NCBI GenBank assembly: GCA_002364755.1
Contig: DEZI01000018.1
Location: forward strand, 7,947-71,946
DNA: 64,000 nucleotides
Reading direction: 5' to 3'
Origin: Stenotrophomonas maltophilia
Lineage (GTDB): Bacteria; Pseudomonadota; Gammaproteobacteria; Xanthomonadales; Xanthomonadaceae
This document shows, in pieces, positions 1 to 10,499 of this stretch. The notes below the pieces were generated by a model, which worked only from the letters and a program-made list of their open reading frames with translations, had not been told where the DNA came from and ran no database searches. Position 1 is the stretch's first letter. Each line of letters begins with the position of its first letter. Position numbers and translations under genes: made by a program.

Positions 1-2
1 AT

Positions 3-314
3 GGCGCGGTGCCGACCACCACCGACGATGGCAACCGCGTCGCCCAGATGCAGCAGGGCGGGACCAGTGCCACGGCGGTGCTTGATGGCAACCAGGCGCG
101 CCTGATGCTGCAGATCGACGGCCAGGGCCTGGTCCAGCAGTGGATCCGCAATGGCAGCGTCGGCCAGGGCATCGCCCTGTCCGGTGACGGGCAAGCGGCA
201 AGCAACCGGCTGCAGCTTGAGCTGGTACGCAGCACCGTGGCCAGCAACCAGCCGTTGAGCCAGAGCGTGGCCCAGGCGATCGCGCTGAACCGCGGCATGG
301 GCCCGGGCCAGTAA
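3..314 (+). CDS. 3' end of a secreted protein, probably FapE-like (partial; runs in from upstream of the window)
   Basis: Open frame from the window edge to TAA at 312-314. Gly/Gln/Asn-rich (GLVQQWIRNGSVGQGIALSGDGQAASNRLQL). Lies directly upstream of a FapF-like barrel. Confidence 0.5.
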   Translation, partial: GAVPTTTDDGNRVAQMQQGGTSATAVLDGNQARLMLQIDGQGLVQQWIRNGSVGQGIALSGDGQAASNRLQLELVRSTVASNQPLSQSVAQAIALNRGMGPGQ

Positions 315-359
315 CACGGCCCGGTCAAGGGGGAAGGACGGACAACGCAGGCCAACGAC

Positions 360-1655
360 ATGCACACCTATTTGCGGCTTACCCCGCTGGCGCTGGCGGC
401 GCTGGCGGCCAATGCCTTCGCCCAGCAACCGGCGGCAGAGGCCAGGGACGGTGCCGATGTACACGCACTGATCACCCAGCTCGAGCAGCTCAAGGCCAAC
501 TACGCGCAGGAGGTGCGACGCCTGCGCGAGCTGGACATGCAGGTGCAGGCCATGCAGGCCCGCCTGAGCGGACGGGCTGGCGGCGCCACGACCCCGGCGG
601 CGCCCCTGGCGCCTGCGGCGGCGGCGGCCGTGCCACCGAGCAGCGAAGGCTATGCCAGTACCGCGGCCGAGGCCCGGCAGGCCAAGCAGGAGGCGCGGCG
701 CAGCGTGGACGATGTGAAACAGCAGCAGGCGGCGCTGTTCTCGCGCAAGTTCACCGTAGAAAACAGCCTCACCTACGCGCGCTATGACCGCAAGCAGCTC
801 TCCCTCAACGGCTTCCTGGCGCTGGATGCGATCTTCCTCGGCAACATCGCCATCGAGAACGTCGAGTCCGATTCGCTGACCTACAACCTGGCCGCGCGCT
901 GGGGTGTCAGCCCGAACCTGACGTTGAACATGGACGTGCCCTACCTGGCGCGGCGCACCGTGTACCAGAAGGGCGGTGCGGGCGGCGCGGCGGCGGCCAT
1001 CGCCCAGGACGAGACCAACGGCAACGGCATCGGCGATGTCAGCATGAGTGCCAACTACCGCCTGTTCGGCGAGCGTGGCTGGCGCCCGGAAACGGTGCTG
1101 ACCGGCGGCGTCACCGCACCGACCGGCCGCGCACCGTATGGCCTGGACTGGCGGGTGATCGAGCGCGATGACGATGACTACATCCGCTTCGCGGTCCCGC
1201 GCGAACAGCCGACCGGCAACGGCGTCTGGCAGGCCAACCTGGGCCTGTCGATGGTGAAGACCGCCGATCCGGCGATTCTGTTCGCCAACGCCGGCTACAT
1301 CCACTCCTTCCCGCGTGGCTTCGACGACATCGACAGCAACCCGGACACCGTGAACCCCGGCGATGTGAAGCTGGGCGGGTCGGTGTACTTCGGTGCCGGT
1401 GTGGCCTTCGCCTTCAACGAACGCACCAGCCTGAGCATTTCCTTCAGCGACAAGATCAGTGCACGCGCGTCCACACGGTTCCAGGGCGGGCAGTGGGTGA
1501 AGGTGATCGGCAGCGATGCCAACGCGGCGTCGTTGAACCTGGGCGTGACCTACGCGCTGAACCAGCACGCGACGATGGTGACCCTGCTCGGCATCGGCCT
1601 GACCCCCGATGCACCGGACTTCACGCTGTCGTTCAAGGTGCCGTACATGTTGTAG
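360..1655 (+). CDS. FapF-like outer-membrane beta-barrel transporter
   Basis: Signal peptide (AFA/QQ), N-terminal coiled coil (LEQLKANYAQEVRRLRELDMQVQAMQARL), PTG motif (TAPTGRAPYG), amphipathic strands and C-terminal PDAPDFTLSFKVPYML. Confidence 0.75.
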   Translation: MHTYLRLTPLALAALAANAFAQQPAAEARDGADVHALITQLEQLKANYAQEVRRLRELDMQVQAMQARLSGRAGGATTPAAPLAPAAAAAVPPSSEGYASTAAEARQAKQEARRSVDDVKQQQAALFSRKFTVENSLTYARYDRKQLSLNGFLALDAIFLGNIAIENVESDSLTYNLAARWGVSPNLTLNMDVPYLARRTVYQKGGAGGAAAAIAQDETNGNGIGDVSMSANYRLFGERGWRPETVLTGGVTAPTGRAPYGLDWRVIERDDDDYIRFAVPREQPTGNGVWQANLGLSMVKTADPAILFANAGYIHSFPRGFDDIDSNPDTVNPGDVKLGGSVYFGAGVAFAFNERTSLSISFSDKISARASTRFQGGQWVKVIGSDANAASLNLGVTYALNQHATMVTLLGIGLTPDAPDFTLSFKVPYML

Positions 1656-1680
1656 CTGATTGCGGTGATCCTGCATCGGC

Positions 1681-1707
1681 AACGCCGGGCCTTGCCCGGC
1701 GTTCTTT
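1681..1707 (+). terminator. Hairpin terminator between convergent genes
   Basis: AACGCCGGGC-CTT-GCCCGGCGTT followed by CTTT. Confidence 0.55.
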
Positions 1708-1732
1708 GTCTTCGCAGCGGCGCCGGCTGTCA

Positions 1733-1755
1733 GTAGAGCCGAGCCATGCTCGGCT
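1733..1755 (+). repeat. GTAG-type REP (SMAG-like)
   Basis: GTAGAGCCGAGCCATGCTCGGCT; near-identical copies at 8240, 37355, 41634 and 47542. Confidence 0.8.
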
Positions 1756-1781
1756 GGCGTCCTGCCGGGCAGCGCCCGGCA

Positions 1782-3134
<1,353 letters not shown>

Positions 3135-3323
3135 GCCTTCCCCCAAGCATCCGGGCAACGCGGGCGGTGGCAGACCGGGCATCGCCGCGTGCCGCCCCAC
3201 GCCGGGATGCCATGGCCGCATCCAGCGGCCGGCCGCGGCAGGTATCTCGCCGTGACATCAGTGTCCAACGCAGGCAGCGGCGGCCAGCGGCCACGCATCT
3301 GCACTTCAGGGGAGGCGGACAAC

Positions 3324-3350
3324 AAAAAAGCCGCTGCAGGGCAGCGGCTT
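3324..3350 (-). terminator. Rho-independent terminator after NlpC/P60 gene
   Basis: AAGCCGCTGC stem-loop with an A-tract (U-tract on the minus strand). Confidence 0.7.
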
Positions 3351-3375
3351 CCAGTGCGGGTGCGGGGCATCCGGT

Positions 3376-4119
3376 TCAGAGGTCGACGCGGCGGGCCTGC
3401 ATGAACTTGTTGCCCCAGTAGCCGCTGAGCAGGGTGTCGACGCGGACGTCCTTGCCGGTGCTCGGTGCGTGCAGGAAGCGGCCTTCGCCGACATAGATGC
3501 CGACGTGGTCGACGCGGCCCTTGCGGCCGAAGAAGACCAGGTCGCCCGCAGCCAGCGCGGCGCGGTCGTTGATCAGTTCGGCATTGTTGTCATGGGCCAT
3601 TTCGCGCGAGACGCGCGGCAGCTCGATGCCCAGCGCCGAGCGGAACACGTAGCCGACCAGGCCGCTGCAGTCGAAGCCGCTGTCCGGGTTGCTGCCACCC
3701 CAACGGTACGGGGTGCCCAGCAGGGTCATCGCGCGGCGCAGGAGGGACTGCACCTTGCCGTTGTCGGCCTCGGTGCCGACGACGCTGCCGTTGGCGGCGC
3801 TGCTGGTGTCGTAGTTGGCAAGCAGGCGGCTGAGGTCGCCGGCGACCATCGCCGAGCGGTCCATCAGCGGAATGGTGTCATTGGCGGCCAGATGCGGCAG
3901 CAGGGCGGCCAGGGTGGCGGTGGCAGCGGCATCGGCACGGCTGCGCTGTGGAGCGGCAGCGTCGGCCTTGGTGGCCGGGGCCGAATCGGTCTTGGCGGGG
4001 ACACTCTGCGACCAGGCCGGAAGGCTGGTCAGACACAGCGCCAAGCCCAGGAAGAGCGGGCGGACACCACGTGAAGAAGCGGCGGTCTGGCCATGGCCTT
4101 GCAGGTCGTCAGTCGTCAC
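3376..4119 (-). CDS. NlpC/P60 (C40) peptidoglycan endopeptidase, secreted
   Basis: LGTPYRWGG, GFDCSGLV, GDLVFF, HVGIY, FLHAPS and a signal peptide. Start uncertain (GTG 4119 chosen). Confidence 0.9.
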   Translation of the reverse strand: MTTDDLQGHGQTAASSRGVRPLFLGLALCLTSLPAWSQSVPAKTDSAPATKADAAAPQRSRADAAATATLAALLPHLAANDTIPLMDRSAMVAGDLSRLLANYDTSSAANGSVVGTEADNGKVQSLLRRAMTLLGTPYRWGGSNPDSGFDCSGLVGYVFRSALGIELPRVSREMAHDNNAELINDRAALAAGDLVFFGRKGRVDHVGIYVGEGRFLHAPSTGKDVRVDTLLSGYWGNKFMQARRVDL

Positions 4120-4208
4120 GCGTCGGTCACAGGAAAAAAACGATGGGGGCATCATGCCCTGTAAAAGCGTCAATAAGTTAAAAATTCCGTTAAAAAACCG
4201 TTATTAAC

Positions 4209-4228
4209 AATGTGATGGGCGTCGCATT
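4209..4228. promoter_or_regulatory. Putative CRP/Clp-family binding site
   Basis: AA-TGTGA-TGGGCG-TCGCA-TT in an AT-rich spacer; matches TGTGA-N6-TCACA with one mismatch. Confidence 0.55.
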
Positions 4229-4251
4229 ATTGAACATATCGCCTGTTCATT

Positions 4252-4791
4252 TTAGCGAAGAACGCGTTTCGCTCCTGTGTAGTGGTCTTTCCAGTAGGGA
4301 CCGCTGAGTGAGTCCAAGCGCACGGTGCCGCCGGTGCTCGGCGCGTGCACGAAACGGCCTTCGCCCACGTAGATGCCGACATGGGTGACGTTGCCGCGGC
4401 TGCCGAAGAACACCAGGTCGCCGGTGGCCAGGCGCTGCGGATCGATCTTCGGTCCCTGCACGGCGGCCAGGTCGCGTGAGGTGCGCGGCAGCTTCAGGTC
4501 GACCATCTCGCGGTAGACGTAGGTCACCAGGCCGCTGCAGTCGAAGCCCGAATCGGGCGTGTTGCCACCATAGCGGTAGGGCGTGCCGACCAAGCCGATG
4601 GCGCGCATCAGTACCGAATTGGCGGCCTCGGGATTGTCCGGCGTGGTGGCCGGCCAGTGCGCCGTGGGCGGCGGCGTGGCGGGGCGGACGGCCTTGCCGC
4701 CACCGCAGGCGGCCAGTAACAGTGGCAGGGCCAGCAGCAGGGCGGGCGCGAGGATCCGGCGCAGGCCGGACGAAACTGGCGTGTTGTGCAT
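4252..4791 (-). CDS. NlpC/P60 (C40) lipoprotein peptidase
   Basis: Lipobox LLAAC, VGTPYRYGG, GFDCSGLV and HVGIY. The real start is ATG 4791, inside the long ORF-track frame. Confidence 0.9.
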   Translation of the reverse strand: MHNTPVSSGLRRILAPALLLALPLLLAACGGGKAVRPATPPPTAHWPATTPDNPEAANSVLMRAIGLVGTPYRYGGNTPDSGFDCSGLVTYVYREMVDLKLPRTSRDLAAVQGPKIDPQRLATGDLVFFGSRGNVTHVGIYVGEGRFVHAPSTGGTVRLDSLSGPYWKDHYTGAKRVLR

Positions 4792-4902
4792 GTTCTCCGG
4801 ATAATGCGCCACCTTGGATTGGCCGTCATGATGGCGGCGTCCCCGCCGGGCGACAACCCGCCCCAACCCGCCTGCCTCCGGCAGATCCAGACAGAGTTGC
4901 GC

Positions 4903-5385
4903 ATGAAGATCGAAAAAGACCGCGTTGTCCGCTTCCATTACACCGTCTCCGAGGTCGGCCAGGCGCCGATCGAATCGTCCAAGGACCGCGGTGAGCCGCT
5001 GTCGATCCTGATCGGCCACGGCAACATCATTCCGGGCCTGGAAAACGCCATGATGGACAAGGAAGCCGGCGCGACCTTCGACGTCGACGTCTCGGCAGCC
5101 GATGCCTACGGCGAGCGCCGCGAGGGCCTGTCCCAGCGCGTGCCGAAGAAGCACTTCGGCACCGCCAAGCTGGCCCCGGGCCAGCAGGTCGTGCTGCAGA
5201 CCAACTTCGGCCCGCGCGCGGTCACCGTGCAGAAGGTCGGCATGAGCGTGGTCGACGTCGACCTGAACCACCCGATGGCCGGCAAGGACCTGCATTTCGA
5301 CGTCGAGATCGTTGAAGTGCGCGAAGCCGCCAAGGAAGAAATCGACCACGGCCACGTCCATGGCGACGGTGGTCACCAGCACTGA
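4903..5385 (+). CDS. slyD: FKBP-type peptidyl-prolyl isomerase SlyD
   Basis: MKIEKDRVVRFHY, IIPGLE, DLNHPMAGKDLHFDVEI and a His-rich tail. Confidence 0.9.
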   Translation: MKIEKDRVVRFHYTVSEVGQAPIESSKDRGEPLSILIGHGNIIPGLENAMMDKEAGATFDVDVSAADAYGERREGLSQRVPKKHFGTAKLAPGQQVVLQTNFGPRAVTVQKVGMSVVDVDLNHPMAGKDLHFDVEIVEVREAAKEEIDHGHVHGDGGHQH

Positions 5386-5406
5386 TCGCCGCGCGATCGT
5401 GATGGC

Positions 5407-5440
5407 AGCAACGGCCCGCTTCGGCGGGTCGTTGCGTTTC
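5407..5440 (+). terminator. Terminator after slyD
   Basis: GCAACGGCCCGC-TTCG-GCGGGTCGTTGC-GTTT. Confidence 0.65.
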
Positions 5441-5484
5441 TGGAACAGGGCGCGGCCGTCCATGGCGCGCAGGGCGGCGGCATA

Positions 5485-6729
5485 ATGACGGACCTGCCTG
5501 CCGGATGCCCCGTGAACGCCGCTTCCCTTTCCCTGCAGCCGGTGGCTTCCGGCGAACGCATCGCAGTGCTGGACGTGCTGCGCGGGGTAGCCCTGCTGGG
5601 CATCCTGCTGATGAACATCGAGGCCCTCAGCGGACCGCTGGACCTGGCCTTCACCGGCATCGACACGCGCTGGCACGGTCTGGATTACGTGGCCGATGCC
5701 TTCGTCTACCTCTTCGTGCAGGGCAAGTTCTTCACCCTGTTCTCGCTGCTGTTCGGTGCCGGCTTTGCGGTCATGGCGCGACGCGCGCAGGCGGCCGGTC
5801 GTGAATTCGCACCGTTCTACCTGCGGCGCAGTCTTGGCTTGGCGCTGATCGGCCTGTGCCACGCGCTGCTGGTCTGGTCCGGCGACATCCTGGTGATGTA
5901 CGCGCTGGTCTCGCTGCCGCTGCTGGCCTGCCGCGAAGCGCCGCGCAGCTGGCTGCCGTGGATGGGCATCGTGGTCTACCTGGCCGGCGTGTCGATGATG
6001 CTGCTGATCGGCGCGATGGTGACGATCTCGCCGCCGCAGGACCTGCAGAAGATGCTGGTCGATGCGCAGCAGGCCATCGACCAGCAGCGCCTGGTGTACG
6101 GGCAGGGCACGTGGATGCAGGGCAACGTGCAGCGCCTGCAGGAGTTCGGCTCCTCGCTGGGCGCGCTGGTGATCACCGGGCCGGAAGTGCTGGGCATGTT
6201 CCTGATCGGCAGCTGGTTCGCCGCCAGTGGGGCGCTGACCGAGCCGGAACGCTTCCCGCGGCTGTATGCCTGCCTGCGCTGGGTCGCGCTGCCGCTGGGC
6301 CTGCTGGTCACACTGGGCGGGGTGCTGTGGAAGCCGTACCTGGCGCCGGGCGAATACAGCTTTGAAACCACCGCGGTGATGTCGCTGGTGTCGGTCGGCG
6401 CGGTGCCGATGTGCCTGGGCTACCTGGCGTGGATCGTGCACTGGCGCGCGCGGCTGGGCTGGCTGGCACCGGCGGGGCGCATGGCGCTGACCCACTACCT
6501 GGCGCAGTCGCTGGTCTGCACATGGCTGTTCAATCACTACGGGCTGGGCTGGTTCGACCTGATGCCGCGCGCATGGCAGCTGGTGTTCGCACTGCTGCTG
6601 TTCGCGCTGCAGGTGGGCATCTCGCAGCTGTGGCTGCGGCGCTTCCGCTTCGGCCCGATGGAGTGGCTGTGGCGTGCGATCACCTACCGGCAGTGGCCGC
6701 CGATGCGCCGAGAGCGCGGGCAAGGATGA
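5485..6729 (+). CDS. DUF418 (YeiB-like) membrane protein
   Basis: RIAVLDVLRGVALLGILLMN, GKFFTLFSLLFGAG, GRMALTHYLAQS and GPMEWLWR. Confidence 0.85.
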   Translation: MTDLPAGCPVNAASLSLQPVASGERIAVLDVLRGVALLGILLMNIEALSGPLDLAFTGIDTRWHGLDYVADAFVYLFVQGKFFTLFSLLFGAGFAVMARRAQAAGREFAPFYLRRSLGLALIGLCHALLVWSGDILVMYALVSLPLLACREAPRSWLPWMGIVVYLAGVSMMLLIGAMVTISPPQDLQKMLVDAQQAIDQQRLVYGQGTWMQGNVQRLQEFGSSLGALVITGPEVLGMFLIGSWFAASGALTEPERFPRLYACLRWVALPLGLLVTLGGVLWKPYLAPGEYSFETTAVMSLVSVGAVPMCLGYLAWIVHWRARLGWLAPAGRMALTHYLAQSLVCTWLFNHYGLGWFDLMPRAWQLVFALLLFALQVGISQLWLRRFRFGPMEWLWRAITYRQWPPMRRERGQG

Positions 6730-6798
6730 CGCCGGTCCGGGCTGCTCACGCTGCGCTGCGTATCGGCGATGGCATGCTCGCTTCCAGCGGACGGTGCC

Positions 6799-6821
6799 AT
6801 CCACGCATGGCGTGGCTCTAC
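6799..6821 (-). repeat. GTAG-type REP
   Basis: Reverse complement is GTAGAGCCACGCCATGCGTGGAT, the same as the copy at 17825. Confidence 0.8.
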
Positions 6822-6868
6822 TCCACAACGGCGGCCCCCTCTACTCTTTTTTGCTTCGAGCGATTCCG

Positions 6869-8227
6869 ATGAGCACTGCATCCTTTGACTACGACCTGAT
6901 CGTGCTTGGCGGCGGTTCCGCCGGCCTGGCCGGCGCCATCCGCGCGGCCCAGCACGGCAAGCGCGTGGCGCTGCTGGAACCCGGCGCGCTGGGCGGTACC
7001 TGCGTCAACGTCGGCTGCGTGCCGAAAAAGGCGATGTGGCTGGCCGCCGACCTGCACGAGCGCATCGGCCTGGCCAGTGCGATGGGCTTCGATGTGCCGG
7101 TACGCCCGGCGCTGTCGTGGAAGGAACTGGTGATCCATCGCCAGGCCTACATCACCAACATCCATGCCAGCTACAACAAGCGCCTGGACGAAACCGGCGT
7201 GGTGCGCATCCCCGCGCGCGGTCACCTGGTCGATGCGCATACCGTGGCCTGCAGCGATGGCGTGCGCTACAGCGCCGGACACATCCTCATCGCCACCGGG
7301 GCGCACCCGCAGCGCCCGGACATACCCGGCGCGGAGCTGGGCCTGGTCTCCGATGATTTCTTCGACCTGCGCAGTGCGCCGGCCGAAGTGGCGATCATCG
7401 GTGGTGGCTACATCGCGGTGGAACTGGCCGGCCTGCTGCAGGCGCTGGGCAGCAGGGTCAGCCTGCTGGTGCGCGGCAACCGGCTGCTGGAGCGCTTCGA
7501 TCATGAACTGACCGACCAGCTGGCCGAGAACCTGAAACAGCAGGGCGTGCGCATCCAATTCGACTACCGCCTGCGTGAACTGCAGCGCGACGGCGAGCGC
7601 GTGCGCGCGTTCGGCCATGACGGCCCACTGGACAGCGTGTTCGATGCAGTGTTCTTCGCCACCGGCCGACGTGGCAACAGCCGCGACCTCGGCCTGGAAG
7701 CGCTGGGCATCGGCATCGGCGAACACCAGCAGGTGGAAGTGGACGAGTGGCAGACCACGGCGGTACCCAGCGTGCATGCAGTGGGTGACATTGCCGGCAA
7801 GGTCGGCCTGACCCCGGTCGCGGTGGCCGCGGCACGGCGCCTGATGGACCGCCTGTTCGGCGGCCGCCCCGGAGCGAAGATGGATTACAGCAACGTGGCC
7901 AGCGTGGTGTTCTCGCACCCGCCGCTGGGCGCGGTGGGCATGGGCGAGGAAGAAGCACGCGCCTGCTTCGACCAGGTGACGGTCTACCACAGCCGGTTCC
8001 GGCCGATGCTGCAGGCGCTGGCCAACGGCACCCAGCGCAGCCTGTTCAAGATGGTCTGTGCCGGTGCGGAGGAGCGGGTGGTCGGCATCCACCTGCTCGG
8101 CGAAGCAGCCGATGAGATCCTGCAGGGCTTCGCGGTAGCGGTGAAGATGGGCGCGACCAAGGCGCAGTTTGACGATACCGTGGCCATCCATCCGACCTCG
8201 GCCGAGGAAGTGGTGCTGATGCGCTGA
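6869..8227 (+). CDS. gor: Glutathione-disulfide reductase
   Basis: GGGSAG FAD motif, GGTCVNVGCVPKK redox disulfide, GGGYIAVE and C-terminal AIHPTSAEE. Confidence 0.93.
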   Translation: MSTASFDYDLIVLGGGSAGLAGAIRAAQHGKRVALLEPGALGGTCVNVGCVPKKAMWLAADLHERIGLASAMGFDVPVRPALSWKELVIHRQAYITNIHASYNKRLDETGVVRIPARGHLVDAHTVACSDGVRYSAGHILIATGAHPQRPDIPGAELGLVSDDFFDLRSAPAEVAIIGGGYIAVELAGLLQALGSRVSLLVRGNRLLERFDHELTDQLAENLKQQGVRIQFDYRLRELQRDGERVRAFGHDGPLDSVFDAVFFATGRRGNSRDLGLEALGIGIGEHQQVEVDEWQTTAVPSVHAVGDIAGKVGLTPVAVAAARRLMDRLFGGRPGAKMDYSNVASVVFSHPPLGAVGMGEEEARACFDQVTVYHSRFRPMLQALANGTQRSLFKMVCAGAEERVVGIHLLGEAADEILQGFAVAVKMGATKAQFDDTVAIHPTSAEEVVLMR

Positions 8228-8239
8228 CACGCAGTTGTT

Positions 8240-8308
8240 GTAGAGCCGAGCCTATGCTCGGCTTTCTTCGCCTTGGAACCGCGGCGCCGAGCGTCGGCTC
8301 GGCTCTAG
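8240..8308. repeat. Inverted REP doublet
   Basis: GTAGAGCCGAGCCTATGCTCGGCT plus a degenerate inverted copy GCCGAGCGTCGGCTCGGCTCTAG. Confidence 0.75.
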
Positions 8309-8386
8309 AGGGCATCACGCGCCCGCATGCGACAATGCGCGTCCCCACATACCCCATGGCCGCCCCTGCGGCCTGCCGTCGTCCTG

Positions 8387-9307
8387 ATGTCCAACCCTTC
8401 CCCCCGCATCGCTACTGCCTCCCCGCGCATTGCGCTGGGCGGCATCGGCCTGGCTGCGGTCGGTGCCATCGCCGCGTCCGGCAAGGCCATCATCGTCAAG
8501 CTGGGCCTGCGCCACGGCGTCGATGCCACCACGCTGCTGGCCCTGCGCATGCTGATGGCGCTGCCGCTGTTCGTGCTGATGGCCCTGTGGTCGGCGCGCC
8601 GTGCCGAACCGCTGTCCTGGGCTGACCGTGCCCGCGTGCTGTGGCTGGGCTTCACCGGCTACTACCTGTCCAGCCTGCTCGATTTCCAGGGTCTGCAGTA
8701 CATCAGCGTGACCCTGGAACGGCTGATCCTGTACTTGAACCCGACCCTGGTGCTGCTGATCAACGTGCTGCTGGCGCGGCAGCGCCCGGGCCGCTGGCAG
8801 GTCGCGGCGCTGGTGCTGAGCTACCTGGGCGTGCTGCTGGCCTTCGGCCATGACCTGCAGCGCGAGGGCGGGCAGATCATCGTCGGCAGCCTGCTGGTGC
8901 TGGGCAGCGCGCTCAGCTACGCGCTGTACCTGTTCGGCAGCGGCCAGGTGGTCGCGCGCATCGGTGCGGTGCGGCTGACCGCCTATGCCAGCTGCGTGGC
9001 CGGCGTGCTGGTGCTGCTGCATTTCGCCATCACCCATCCGCTGCCGCTGCTGTGGCACGCACCGGCGCCGGTGCAATGGCTGTCGCTGGTCAACGCCACG
9101 GTGTGCACCGTGCTGCCGGTGCTGGCGATCATGCTGGCGGTGCAGCGCGTCGGCTCGTCGCTGGCCGCGCAGGTGGGTATGCTGGGCCCGGTTTCCACCA
9201 TCGTGATGAGTCTATGGCTGCTCGACGAGCCGATGGGGCCGGCGCAGATCGCCGGCACCGTGCTGGTGCTGATCGGCGTGCTGCTGGTGACCCGCCTTCG
9301 GCGCTGA
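8387..9307 (+). CDS. DMT/EamA family transporter
   Basis: About 10 hydrophobic segments in two repeats; GLQYISVTLERLILYLNP and LLDEPMGPAQIAG. Confidence 0.85.
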   Translation: MSNPSPRIATASPRIALGGIGLAAVGAIAASGKAIIVKLGLRHGVDATTLLALRMLMALPLFVLMALWSARRAEPLSWADRARVLWLGFTGYYLSSLLDFQGLQYISVTLERLILYLNPTLVLLINVLLARQRPGRWQVAALVLSYLGVLLAFGHDLQREGGQIIVGSLLVLGSALSYALYLFGSGQVVARIGAVRLTAYASCVAGVLVLLHFAITHPLPLLWHAPAPVQWLSLVNATVCTVLPVLAIMLAVQRVGSSLAAQVGMLGPVSTIVMSLWLLDEPMGPAQIAGTVLVLIGVLLVTRLRR

Positions 9308-9642
9308 CGCCGGAGCAGGCGCGTGACCGCATCCTGGCGGTGATCCGTGCGATCCCGCCGGGCCAGGTGCTGGGCTATGGCCAGGTGGCGATGCGCGCCG
9401 GCCTGCCCGGACGCGCCCGCCTGACTGCGCGCATCCTTGGCCGGAACGAAGACCCGGACCTGCCCTGGCACCGGGTGCTGCGCTCGGACGGGCGCATTGC
9501 CATGGCCGAAGGCTCGGCCGGCTGGCGCGAGCAGTCGCAGCGGCTGCGCGCCGAAGGCGTGGTGGTGGAAGACGGCCGCGTGCGCATGCCTGCCAGCGAC
9601 CCGGCCGCCGCGCTGGACGCGGCGATCTGGGGCCCGGGCTGA
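9214..9642 (+). CDS. Alkyltransferase-like (ATL/YbaZ, MGMT family) DNA-binding protein
   Basis: IPPGQVLGYGQVA, PWHRV (Trp in place of the catalytic Cys) and LRAEGV. Start uncertain: ATG 9214 or CTG 9304. Confidence 0.8.
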   Translation: MAARRADGAGADRRHRAGADRRAAGDPPSALTPEQARDRILAVIRAIPPGQVLGYGQVAMRAGLPGRARLTARILGRNEDPDLPWHRVLRSDGRIAMAEGSAGWREQSQRLRAEGVVVEDGRVRMPASDPAAALDAAIWGPG

Positions 9643-9735
9643 TCGCCGGCGGCGACTGAACGGAACGGGCAGGGCAGTCGCCACGCTGTCGTGAGGCTGC
9701 GGCTATGATGGAGGCCGTTCCATGCCGGTATTCCC

Positions 9736-10419
9736 ATGTTCCCGCGACTGCCCACCGTCACCAAGGCTCTGCTGATCGCCAACGTGATCCTGTTCCTGCT
9801 GCAGCAGCCGTTCCTGCTCGGCATGCAGACCTTCGAACCGTTCATGCTGCAGCCGTGGCAGCAGGGCTTCGATGCGTTTTCCCCAGGCGCCAATTTCCAG
9901 CCGTGGCAGCTGCTGACCTATGGCTTCCTGCACGGCAGCTTCGGCCACCTGTTCTTCAACATGCTGGCGGTCTTCATGTTCGGCGCGCCGCTGGAGCAGA
10001 CCTGGGGGGAAAAGCGCTTCCTGCTGTACTACCTGGTGTGCGTGGCTGGTGCCGGTGTCTGCCAGTTGCTGGTGGGTACGCTGCTGGAGAACCCGGCCAC
10101 GGTGCTGGGCGCATCCGGCGGTGTGTTCGGCCTGCTGCTGGCCTACGGCATGCTGTTCCCGAACCAGCGCGTGATGCTGCTGTTCCCGCCCATTCCGATG
10201 AAGGCACGCACGTTCGTGATCCTGTTCGGCGTGGGTGAACTGGTGCTGGGCATGACCGGCTGGCAGCCTGGCGTCGCGCATTTCGCACATCTGGGCGGCA
10301 TGCTGTTCGGCTGGCTGCTGATCCGCTACTGGCGCGGGCAGCCGCCGTTCAACAAGCGTCGCCCGCCCGGCCCTCCCGGCCCACGCAAGCGCCCGAACCA
10401 CCTGCGCAGCGTCAAATGA
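9736..10419 (+). CDS. Rhomboid intramembrane serine protease
   Basis: FLHGSFGHLFFNM, GASGGVFG (Ser) and AHFAHLGG (His). Confidence 0.92.
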   Translation: MFPRLPTVTKALLIANVILFLLQQPFLLGMQTFEPFMLQPWQQGFDAFSPGANFQPWQLLTYGFLHGSFGHLFFNMLAVFMFGAPLEQTWGEKRFLLYYLVCVAGAGVCQLLVGTLLENPATVLGASGGVFGLLLAYGMLFPNQRVMLLFPPIPMKARTFVILFGVGELVLGMTGWQPGVAHFAHLGGMLFGWLLIRYWRGQPPFNKRRPPGPPGPRKRPNHLRSVK

Positions 10420-10440
10420 TTTAAAGGATCATTTGACGCT

Positions 10441-10499
10441 GTGGGTGCCGACCGTTGGTCGGTACACGCTGCGCGCATCCACGCATGGCGTGGATCTAC
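10441..10499. repeat. Composite REP cluster between convergent genes
   Basis: GTGCCGACCGTTGGTCGGTAC palindrome plus ATCCACGCATGGCGTGGATCTAC. Confidence 0.75.

Noticed and set aside
4792..6828. Apparent 858-aa NlpC/P60 fusion in the ORF track
   Set aside because: The upstream part is antisense to slyD and DUF418. The lipoprotein signal begins at 4791.
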